Below are positions 1-11,800 of a stretch of 64,000 bases of DNA, in pieces. The position numbers and the translations under genes were made by a program. Each line of letters opens with the position of its first letter. Position 1 is the first letter of the stretch. The notes beneath the pieces are model-generated. The model saw only the letters and a program-made list of their open reading frames with translations, was not told the DNA's origin and did not search any database. Origin of the DNA: Azolla caroliniana. Its lineage: Eukaryota > Plantae > Polypodiophyta. The DNA is taken from the NCBI GenBank assembly GCA_043228905.1, contig JBHGNT010000002.1, positions 24,676,001 through 24,740,000 of the forward strand, read 5' to 3'.

Positions 1-2218
1 AAAAACCACATTATCATATATTTAGACCCTTTGTCTAACCAATATCCTTTTACATTCGACATCAAACCTTCGAGACTATTGTTAATAAACTCGCCATTTA
101 TTTGAGGATGCCAACTACTTAGATCATTTTTTACTTCGTTGAGCCTCGAGAAACTACATCATCCTAGAAAAAAAAATACTTCTAGCTTTCTTCCCTTTTA
201 AAATAAAGAGACCAACCCTATGGGCCTTTTTTTCTAAAATTTGTCTTGAATTTTCGAATTAAAGCGCATTTTCCATAAGGAGCCCCTTTGAACATAGAAC
301 AATAAAGTAGGAATTCAAGAACAACATAAACATTTTTCCCCTTTAACCTCTGACATGTTTATTACTATTCCTCAAGTACAAACAGAGTCTCATGTAAAAC
401 AATGTGTCAAGATCAATATGATAATGGCAAGTTTTATGTAATATATTCTTATTGAAACTCTTAATATGTTGGATTCACAAAGTCTTGATGAAATATCAAA
501 ACACCATGTCTACGGATGCAAGACAAGTATGGTGTAATCAGTGTCCACGAACAGTTCCAAGCATCTAAAGGACCTTGAAGTCATGAATTCACACAAGGAG
601 TTTGATAAACATTGCACTTGATCCAAATAAACATGTTTAAACGATGAATTTGTAAAAAACATCATAGAAAAAGTTGAGATCAAAATCAACATGTTTAAAT
701 ACGGATGCTACATATGCTCATAGAAAAACATAACATCACCTAAGGATAAGGTGGCCTTATATTCAAAAGTTGCAACATCACGAAATAAATGTCTGTGGTG
801 GTTTGAGTAAAGAGTAAAAAAACAAAACAAAAGGGCAAGAGCCAGAGTGTATATAGGGTTGTTATCTTTTTCCTTGGGTAAAAAACCAATGTATACGATG
901 AGTGGGGATATGCTTTTCGATGCTTTCCAAAGTGTTAATGACATGGCCTACTTTGTATGATCGAGATGCACGAAGTGCCCCGCAATGTTAAGTTGTCGAA
1001 ATCCATCATAATAGTTAAATAGTTATTAGTAATAGTAATGTTGGGACAAAAGAAGCAATGCAAGTGTCCTAATGTCAACCACATGAAACTTATGAAGGCT
1101 TTTCCAAGGGTTGGAAAAACATGGCGTCCGGCATGATCTTGAGCTATCATTCCATTCATTCATTCATTCATTGCTTTTCATTCCTTTCTACAACCTAATC
1201 TTGTAATTTGTTCATACCAAATTTAGAAATAACAACAAAAAGTATCGCCTAAATAAACTAATCCATAAAAAAAAAGGATTTAGTTATTCCCCAAATCTTT
1301 GCTCCTCATGGTAAATGATAAGTTTTATATTAAATAGATAGATAGATAATAATAATAGTAAATAGTAATAGGTAATAATAATAATGAGACCCTAAAAGTT
1401 TAGTAGAGTAGGTTTTTTTGCTTTAATGTTTTGCTTTTGTTCAATGGTTCAATGTAAAGAAATAAAGACAACTAAGTTGGGAAACCATATAATTGTATTT
1501 TTTTTGTTTTAGAGCACCCTTATCCATGATTTATTGTTACACACTGTAGTGTAATGCCTTGATTAATTTCTCCGATTCCTAATTACATTGATTCGATCGA
1601 TTCAAGAGAGGTAGACTTACTTGGATCCAATATCGAATGCAATTAGTAGATCAAATTTGGCTGGAATTTGGATTGATCTTGATTGACACCGAATCCATGC
1701 CGCGGGTTTTATAATGCCACAACTAGCCCATGGATCATGGTGGATTGATCCCATTGTATAATTAGATCCTCCGGCAATTTCCTCTGATATGATGTAGATG
1801 GTATATATATAAATAAGTACATCAAAAGAATAAGAGTTTTCATTTTATCATAAGACTCTACTTGTGATATATGTATATAGTATGCTAGATTTTTTTGAGC
1901 ATTAACAACAAATGTACCTCAACTTGCTTGCTTGTTAATGAAGCAGAGTTTGTAATTAATTTGGGTCTTGGAGGATCACAATGTAGTAATCATTGTCACC
2001 AATCATTGAGGGAATGGCACATAGAGGATCATTAATACAAATATAATTAAGGGATAAATAAATTGCATTAGAATAATGGGTGGTTTTAGTTTGTGTTCTA
2101 ATGATTGATTTGGAAAAATTACAGGACTCAATTATGGATGGATTAGTAAGTAATTAGTAAGGAATTAATATGAATTACAGATATATATATATATATATAT
2201 ATATATGGAGGTGGAAGG

Positions 2219-2310
2219 ACCTGCATGGCCCTCTGCATGCCAGCTGTGGAAGCTGCACCTCTCCTGAGCCAATCACAACCTCCCAGGTGGCATGCAGGGA
2301 GCCAGGCAAA
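2219..2310 (-). ncRNA. MIR160: MIR160 precursor hairpin; mature 5p = UGCCUGGCUCCCUGCAUGCCA (2288-2308, minus strand), star arm about 2220-2242
   Basis: The reverse complement of 2288-2308 differs from canonical miR160 (UGCCUGGCUCCCUGUAUGCCA) only at position 15. It pairs with the reverse complement of 2222-2242 at 19/21 positions (one G:U, two mismatches). The stem extends into the intervening sequence (CUGGGAGGUUGU with GCAGCUUCCACAG). GC-rich island in AT-rich DNA. Confidence 0.93.
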
Positions 2311-2338
2311 TCATTCATTCATTCATTCATTATGTGAA

Positions 2339-2640
2339 CATGATCTTCATACTATTAACAAATTCATCACATTTTGTATCAGTAATCACCATAATTATAA
2401 TCCTTTATACATACATTCATACATATATATATATATTGTTCATGATCTTCATACTATTAACAAATTCATCACATTTTGTATCAGTAATCACCATAATTAT
2501 AATCCTTTATACATACATTCATACATATATATATATATTGTTCATGATCTTCATACTATTAACTAATTCATCACATTTTGTATCAGTAATCACCATAATT
2601 ATAATCCTTTATACATACATTCATATATACATATATATAC
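2339..2640. repeat. 102-bp tandem repeat, 3 copies
   Basis: The unit catgatcttcatactattaacaaattcatcac...tatatattgtt starts at 2339, 2441 and 2543; copies are near-identical. Confidence 0.95.
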
Positions 2641-3047
2641 ATAGTTTCATTCGTTCACACATACATTGGTTCATTCATCACATCAAATCATTCATTTTAA
2701 TCATGTGTATGCATCATCCATTCATGACTTCTCCAAAACACACACACACACACATTTGAGCCATTAGTTACAAATCAGAGAAAGCAAAGACAGAATTAAT
2801 GAGAGTGAAATTGATTCATGATCATCTATCTTATCAGCTACAATCTCAAAAAGGAAATTTAAGTAAAAAACAAAACGGAGGAAGCAATATGTATTAATGT
2901 ATGTATGTATGAGAATTAAAAAGATGAACCCACTAAATACTTATATAAATGCATTGCCCCAATCACCACAATATGTATATAATTAGTTGCACAATTGAGC
3001 TCTTCAAATGCATTGAAACAGAAGAATTACATTACAGGTAAAGAATT

Positions 3048-3099
3048 TAGTAGTAGCAGTAGTAGTAGTAGAAGTAGAAGTAGAAGTAGAAGTAGAAGT
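3048..3099. repeat. (GTA)n/(GAAGTA)n microsatellite
   Basis: Read directly from sequence. Confidence 0.9.
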
Positions 3100-6000
3100 G
3101 GTTGTAGTATGGGTTCATGTTGTATGATATTTATAGGCAACTGTTCATGATGATCAAACATGACAGCCTATTAGCTTGGTAAATGTATGTATTATGAAGA
3201 CTATACTAGCTTCCTATGCATATACATACATATGTACATACATACATACATTATACATACACACATACATACAAGTCTTTGCAAGTGGCCCGTGAAGTCT
3301 ACTGTAATAACATTAAAGGACACCCTCTTTCTCATAATGATGGTAAATCTCTTTATGTGTGTACACACATACATGTGCACTTACATTACATTACATGCAT
3401 ACACACACACACACACACACACACATACATGCATACATACATACACACATGCATGTATGCATACATACATGTTCTATTATGATCTATCTCTTCATGTAGC
3501 ATCATCATGTGCTAAACCTCTCCCCAAAACAGTCCTTTCCCATCATGAACCCCCCCCCCCCCCCCCCCATCACTTTTGTCATCTTATGATAGTTAAATAC
3601 TTCTTGAGTGTATCTCGACCCTTGAGCCTTGAGCCTCGTCGATTGCCTTCAAATCCCTAGTCCTCATTCCGGCTTCCTAATAGGAACTAAATATGCCACT
3701 CCGAGGCAGATATATATGTAATGATCAAAATGCTCACTTGTTGGAATGTTTCGCATGCTTTGGTGATGATCGCATGATTTCACATTTCTTGTGACCGGAT
3801 GTAGTTGATCTACACACACAACCAAGTGCACATAACACTAGATAGATGCGTTTTGTACTCTTATGTCGTCAATTCTTCATTTCGTCCCTCATCTTGAGCT
3901 ACATCAATTTTGGGTCGATTGTCAAACATTGATTTGCCACTTTGAGTCACAATGATGATCCCCTAGTGCATCCTCATGATGCTAAGAGTAGGTCGACACA
4001 TACCAAAATGCTTCCCTGATTTTCAGCTCTCATGATTATTCTTGATCTCAAATGTCTCTCAAGTGCACGACATGTTGGTTAATGTAAAATATGCATATTA
4101 ATATGACCATGTGTATTTTTCAATTTGCACTCATGAAATGTTCCAAGCTTGTGTTGAGCTTCGGGTTTCAAGTATAAATAGACCAAAACCCAAGCCAACA
4201 CATGAAAGCACAAATGGTCACCAAATGCAATCACACAATTGTTGTTGATCATCGTCAAATGTCTAGCTTGGTGTCAATATATATTTTGTCCCATCTTTAA
4301 TTGTTGTGTGTAGACCTTAGTGGAAATGTATGAAACACAAGTTAGCTACAAGTGTATGTGTACTACTTACAATAACATTCTAGATTCAAATCTTGTGATC
4401 GAATAAACAATTGATTAAAACTACTGAAGTGGTTGTAAACCAGGATTAGACAATTAAATATTGGTACATCTACTACGGTTGAGTAAAAAGCACTGCACTC
4501 GGTACTTGATCATTTATCCATAGAGTTGTCTTTGACTCTAATTGTAAGAGATTCTCCTTATTCTATTTCAATGAAATATACTTGTTATGTGCACAAATTT
4601 TAAGTCCCTTTTTATTCTCTTTTCATAGTGGCAAATGTATCCACTCAAGTTATATATGGTTCACTTTGCATCAGACACGTGTCAAGAAGTTATCTATCAA
4701 TAACATTGTCATGTCTAGAGTAACCTGTCAATAGATATATATATATTAAATCAAATCTTCACATAGAGACAACTTGAAGATCAAATGCAGGTCTTTATAT
4801 TGTGATTTTGGGAATGAGCTCTTCTTCAAATTATGCATTTAGGTATTAATTACCTCTCAAATTCAATTCATTTTTATATACACTCAAAGACAAATAAATT
4901 TCTCTAGTTAGACTATATTTATATGTACATACCGGTATGTATTTATGTAACTATGAAGGGTATTGTCATTGTACTTGATCAAGTGACATTCATTCACGCC
5001 CTAATTGCATTGGAGTTCAAGCACATTGAAATATGGGGTTAATGACATTTATGAATTAATGCAGTCATATTGAATATATTTCTAGTTAAGTATTTTGGAT
5101 TGGCATGAGAATATGTAATGTTCACACAAATTAAATGCACTTCTCATGTAGTGTCGTGTCCGAATAAAGAGTCCAGGGGGAGAAGAACAGTAATAATTTT
5201 GGAACATATCACATGAGCTCAACAAAGGGTGTTTTTGTTTAAATTCGTCCCTTTCCGTACATTATTTACTTGAGAAAACTTATACAAGTTATGTATTCGA
5301 TGAAGGGGGGGGGGGGGGGTTATACACAAATTGTAAAAGCAAAAGGTTGCATTTTCTTTCGGAAAAAGTCCACAATAGGAGATTTGTTTTTAAATTGCCC
5401 TTGTGTGCATCATCTAGATTGAGGACACAAAGAGTGTGCCAATGATCCTCTTAGATATATATATATATATATAGGTCCTTTTAGTCGCATGCGCAAATGA
5501 AAATGCCTCCTTCTTGACATTGTTGTTGGTGTCTACTATTATACAATGACAGCTCCATGTTACAACTTGACATTACCCATTACCTACGTAGCACAAGGTG
5601 TTGTACAACATCTTTTTCAAAAACTTTAATTATACTATAAAGAGTTGTGAAGAATTTTTAACATGTAAATAAAGGTAATGCAAAAATATATATATTTCGA
5701 AGCATATTATGGTAACATTGTGACTCTTCAGACTAGCCTTCCCTAAGGTGCTACAATGCATCTTTCAAAAGACAATGCTAAATATATATTTCTAAGATTT
5801 GTGAGGAGGAAGAGTGTGAAGTATGATATATCTCTCATCATCAATCCATATCCATACCTTAAGGTTTACACTCAATAAATTTACCTAGGGAAGGGTTGAT
5901 GAGAGTTTCTCTTGCTCAACAAGTCAAGGGTCTTTTCATTAACCATGATGGATGCTACGAAGAAATGTTTTGATGGGATTCTCCTCCGACATAATGTACA

Positions 6001-6982
6001 TTATGCATAATTTATGACGCCGATAATGATTATTTGTGTGAGACATTTGACGTGATGTAAGGGCGCATCCTAGTTTATTGTCTCTTGAAACTTGCTCATT
6101 ATGTTTTTGCATACATAAATACCCTTTTTCCTATAATGTGCTCTCAAAATTCTTGACATATAGAATTAAGGCAGTAGTTTAGGTCAAATACCTTTATCTC
6201 ATCATTGCTTCAATGTGATGTTGATTGAGTCTTGACTCTCTAGGATCTACTATCTAGTCTATATTGTATACCTTACAATCCTAAACAATATTGTCCCCAT
6301 TTGAAATTCATATTTCTACATCTCTCCAAACATGTATATATTTTTGCACGGTTATCCTGATTTTCACTAGTAGGCTAATGTACTCATGTTTGAGCCTCTC
6401 TCGAAGCAAGACATTGTTTTTACTTTCATAGTTTGGTGATTGGCTTTTTGAAAAGTTTGTAGTATAGTTTATTAAGTGTTAACTTAATTGAAGTTTTAAT
6501 CTACAATGGCAAAGTGATATGCATAAAAGAAATTCAAAACTATACCTTTCGAGAGCAAGGATATTACTTTGTTGTTTGTATCATTTTATTTTAGGCAATG
6601 TTATTTTTACCTTTTACTCCAATGTTGTCCAACGAAGCACTTTCTCAAGGAAGGCTTTAGAGGTCGCAAAAGGTAAAATATGTAGAGGTTGCAAAAAAAA
6701 TCACTATCCATATTGCCTTCATTCTTCAAAGGCTTAATATAGCCTTGAAGTTCAATTACATGGAGACATGTCATTGGCACTAATAGATCGATCCATGGAT
6801 CAACTTCATGACCAAAAAGCCTCGACTTATTTCCAAAAATGTAATTCATGTATTTGATAGTGTGATGATACGATTACCACTATTGACCGCTTGTGAGTCA
6901 ATATTGAGTATAATTGCCTAGATTCTTATTGCTTATGTCACAATATCAAGTATTATAGAGGACTACACAAGCCTTTATTGTT

Positions 6983-7018
<36 letters not shown>

Positions 7019-7664
7019 TAGGACCACAACAATATATAGTATTAAAAATGGGGGGACATCCAATGGACCTCATCTATAAGTTACAGTCTATGAAAAAAAA
7101 GCTCGTTACTATAAGCTTGAGGAAGGGTATTTAGGGTATGAACGGATAACTAGGTTTATATATGTGATGACATTTCGTAGCAATGTTTAACTTAACTATC
7201 AAAATTCAACCATGATGATAGAACAAACAACATGTTGGACATCATAGCCTACCCAAGACTTGACATTCAATAGATTGATTTATGAATGCTTTCAAGTGGT
7301 TGTACTCTTTCGTTGAATGTTCAATCCTCAATGTTGAATCATGAACCCCGACTCATTAGACTTTGTAAATCCCTCAAAATCTAGACGTTTTTGGCAAAGG
7401 CATGCAATCATTTCGAAAGTGTCATCAATTAGGAATGGAATTAGCCATAGACTAGCACAAACGATGTTACAAATTAGAAGCTCCAACTTCTCGTATGAAT
7501 TCACTACAACTAACTACTTTTTGGTGAATACAACCAAAGTGAAGCTTGGATCATAAGAGATCATACAATTTTGAGATTGATACATTCGCTCATGTTTTTT
7601 AATGACCTAATAGCCCCAAATCTTTGTTTGTAGATTCAACCTTTCACAACATATATTGAAGTTT

Positions 7665-7822
7665 ATTTTATAGGTATATTTTATAGACGGCGTTTTGATA
7701 AGGTGGCGTGGTTCTACTCAACACCAAAGTGTTTATTTAAGCCGATGGTTAGAATTTATCATGTATGTTTAGCCTTATGGCGTTTTCTAATACTAATGTA
7801 GTATCTTTTTTTGGGAAAAAAA
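7665..7822 (+). mobile_element. Extremely 5'-truncated L1-type LINE insertion (158 bp)
   Basis: 17-bp TSD aacatatattgaagttt at 7648-7664 and 7823-7839, with an A-tail. Encodes KVAWFYSTPKCLF, resembling the ORF2 C-terminal W-x-Y-x-x-P-x-W-L-F motif of the other LINEs in this window. Confidence 0.8.
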
Positions 7823-8182
7823 AACATATATTGAAGTTTCAAATAATCCTAATACACCAAGTTTTCTTTTCTACATTTAAATGTCTTGCTGATCATTGTG
7901 CATTTAATGGTCTTGCCATTTGGTAATGGATATGATCAATCATCTTCTTCCATCCCAATATATGCATTGCAACTTTTCACGAAAAAAAAGCCATTATAGA
8001 TAGCATTTTAAGGTCAATGTAAGTTAGTCAAGTTTTCTTTTGCATCTGTTTAGTTTGATGAATTGAGTTCTTGGCATGAAAGAAGAATACTCATTAATTT
8101 AGTTCTTTAAATGATGATGTCAAAATGTACTATATTTGTAAACGTATTTGATTAATTTAGTTCTTTGATTGATAATCTCTAA

Positions 8183-8890
8183 ATGTACCATATTTGTAGA
8201 CGTATTCATATTACTAAGTCCCTATCAGTGGGAGCATGGCAACGTGGGAACCTTAGCTCTCCTAATTGTGTAGAGTGCCCAAATGCAGTAGAATCAATAC
8301 GACACGCTCTGTGGGATTGCCCAACGTCCCATCGAATATGGCAGGGGATTGCTTGCTTGTTGCAATTATGCCAGGTGCAAGGCTCAATCAAGTGGGGAAA
8401 TATATGTTGGTTATCATGGCAGACCCCAGTTGGCAGATATGAGCATCAGGAGAAGGGGATGACTTTGGTGATAAAAGCACAAGAGGTTTTTTTCTCCACC
8501 AATGGCAATGTTCACTCAACTCCTCTTAATGACAAATCTCAAGTTGTGTTGGAATTGGTCAACCCAATAACTCTTTGGATTCTATGGAAACAACGGTGTA
8601 GACAGGTCTTCTCCAACCAAACCGCGCATCCAACAAGGTTACTGCAAGATATATGGAGTGAAATTGTAACCACTCTAAAGAGCCAATATGATGGCCTCAT
8701 GGGCGGCTCCGATGGAGTTGAAAGACAACGAATAGCCTTCATCCAACAATGGTCGTCCTCTCCCTTTCTTGAGTCAGTGGGCATCCACATAAGATGGAAC
8801 TATCGCGTCCCTACATGAATTTGTAAATAATCGTCTCATTTGTAAAATTTTATGACTAATGGAAGGAGTTTTTTTTGGATAAAAAAAAAA
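8183..8890 (+). mobile_element. 5'-truncated L1-type LINE 3' fragment (zf-RVT region of ORF2)
   Basis: ORF 8183-8818 contains CVECPNAVESIRHALWDC, ITLWILWKQRC and RWNYRVP; poly(A) at about 8881-8890. No TSD found, so the 5' boundary is approximate. Confidence 0.85.
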
Positions 8891-11800
8891 CAAACCATCC
8901 CGAAACCTTTCAATGCCCAAGTAATGTAAAGTGATTTGTAAAGCCAAGATTGAATCGTGTTTAACTACAACAAACATACGATTCATACCCTTGGAAAGTA
9001 GCATTGTACCCAAGTTTTGAGATTGAACTCACAATCTTAGTTTGTAAAGTGCACCTACACAATTTTGTCCAATCAATGATATCGTTGGATCAATTTCAGG
9101 GGTAAGCATTCATGGAAAATCATTTAAGTCTAATGATGGTTTTTAATGATTACCAATATATTATAGTTTGTAATCACAAACAATTTGTTTCTTTTTTTCC
9201 AACACATGGTGTATTCCAACACTTTTTACAAAGTTTTGTGAGAGTAACTTTTTCTTATATTAAAGTTTCTTACTTCACATATAAAGCATCTTGTGGTGCA
9301 TGTTTCAATTGTCTTTTCATACATTATGAAATGAAATGTTTGTCTTTTTTAACTAGTTCAACTTTGCTATAATAAGCTCTTTCATTTGTTGCGGGATCCT
9401 TTCATGGATCAACCTTCCTAAGTTTGTGCATGAAAATTGTTAATTCTTGCTTGTTTCTGTAATGAATCAAATATATGTATATGTGTACATAGATTGACAC
9501 ATACTAAGTGTATGTTGGTTGTGGAAAGCTTATCTTCTATACAAAAAACACAAATATGCAAAACAAATGCAAATCCTACATGAAATTGTCTCCATCATAT
9601 GGACACCCACATACACACTTGTTTTTGCAAAGCACTATATTTTGGTGAAAATCAAAGTTCACGAAGAATATCTCCAAAATGTTAGAAAGCAAATATGCAT
9701 TAAAAAATTGGCCATAAATTTGTCCTTTAATATTATGAGATGCATAACAAACACAATAAAAAGAAAACATGTAATTGATATAGATCATAAGTTCATGGCT
9801 CAAAATTTTGTTGAGAGTGAGCACTTGATATTGGTCACAATGCCTATATATTATGTTCATGCGAAAACCCGAGAAAAAGCGGCAATGGGCTCAAGATCTT
9901 GAGGTAAAAAGACAAAGTGCCATAAGAACTTTTGTCACTGATGAATAACTTTAACTGGTGGGTAATTGGCACAAGAAAGTGTTAAGGAGCAATGAATTCA
10001 TCCACAACCCTTAACTCATAGTTACTTTGACCACCAAACCAATGACTTTTACACATGTCACACATTATTACAAAAAAGGCATCAAGAAATGGTTCAAGCT
10101 CCATTCCTCCATACACACCTTTTTGGCAATAGAGAGTTGGTTAACCCCTTTTTTGTTGGGAAATAGTTTAATGAAGCAAAGCAAATTTGAAAGAAATATA
10201 GTGTGTTGATAAACTCCCATTACTTTCTCTTATTTTCACATAATGTCCTTGTAATTCCATGCATGAAAAAGGAAATTGGGACGATAATAAATAAAGTTTT
10301 ATCAAAACATTGCATATATCTCTCTCTTCAAACATGCACTCAAACACATATGCTCATACATGCGTATAAATATTCACGGAAACTCACAACAAATCATAAC
10401 CCCTAGCCGGAAAACTCCTATAAGTTTCGAGTATTTCCACAATGTCCTAGACATTCCCTGCACACAAAGGAAACAAGACCCAAAAGTAAAGAAAGCATCA
10501 CACACACACACACACACATAATATGTACATGCATGCGCAAAAATATCCACAAACATACACACAAAACAAACACGGTACTCCAAGAAATGTTTTCCTAGCC
10601 AGAAACTCCTATGAGTTTCGTGTATTTCCGCATAGTGTCTTTGATATTCCGTGTAGGAAAAAGAAAAAGGATCCAATATTAGAGAAATGTTTTCCGAACA
10701 CTTCAAGCATGCCTCCTTTCGGGCATTCACTCACAGATACATAGACACATGCATGCACACAATCATACACACACAAATGCACACTCACGCATACAAATGA
10801 AAGACAACACGGTGCTCTAGGGGGTTGTTGCATTGGTCCAACAAAATTGAATGTGAAAATAAAAACACTTCGAAGTTATTGTGAAGGATTGATGGACCAT
10901 TACACATACATATATGGTGGTCGATGGTAGTTAATTCGTAAATTGTAATGGAATTGGGGAAATCTTCCTAATTTAGAGGATTTAAAGAGATTTGTAATGA
11001 ATGACACTCTTGTGCATTTTTTTTAATAGTTTGTTTAATCATTACGTGCATGTTTCAAAAGGATTAAAAAATCGGACAAATACGAATGTGTTTGTATGTG
11101 TTTGTTGGGAGGGTGGTGCTAATAGAAAGCAAACATATCACACAACAATTCGTTTTTTCTTGTTTTTCTAGAGTCTAGTGCCTCTTGCTCTCTCTCTCTC
11201 TCTCCCTCTCTCCCTCTCCACCTCACTTGGCCTTCTTGTGTCATCATCGTCATTATGATTATTTATTATTGCTCTTCTTAGTTAAAAGCATTTGAGTTTA
11301 TATTAGAGGATACCCCCCCAAAAGACAAAATATCCCTTGGCATTTTGCAATTTGCTACATCGACAACAACCAAAGACCAAAGACCAACGAGTCGAGAGCA
11401 AGGCCAATGAACAAACTAGATCAAGCACTCTTTGATATTGTATCAATATACATGTACTTGTTAGCCAATAAGCTACCTCCCCCCCCCACCCCATCCACCC
11501 ATAGGTAAATATTTACCAATCACCATTTATCACATGGCACCTAACACCATAGAGATATGGTTGGTTTGATGTTGTTGACAAGTTGTCACAAGAAACATGC
11601 TGAAAACATCTGGGCTTTGGTATTTGAAACTCTGACCAGCCACATCTTTGTTAAAAAACAACAATGTAAATGCTAGTAAACTCCCTGAGATAAAATAACA
11701 ATGACTGTCACAACCACCAATGTAGAGCTCAATGACATTCTATTACAATTCCCATGAAACCAATATCCAGTTCATTAAATGTGTCTGCCATTAGAGACAC

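Noticed and set aside
2225-3660. ORFs rich in H/T/Y/I
   Set aside because: They derive from the 102-bp repeat and (CA)/(TA)/(CATA) microsatellites.
3660-7600. Possible ancient TE coding remnants and Mutator-like TIR ends (for example aaattgccc near 5400)
   Set aside because: Too decayed; I found no diagnostic motif, partner TIR or TSD.
10400-10820. Degenerate duplication with a period of about 190 bp, ending near ctag (possible Helitron end)
   Set aside because: The duplication is visible, but there is no subterminal hairpin or identifiable 5' TC end.
11185-11410. CT-rich leader-like tract and a possible hairpin (ttggcctt/aaggccaa)
   Set aside because: No downstream ORF, only 8 bp of pairing, and no match to a miRNA I recognise.
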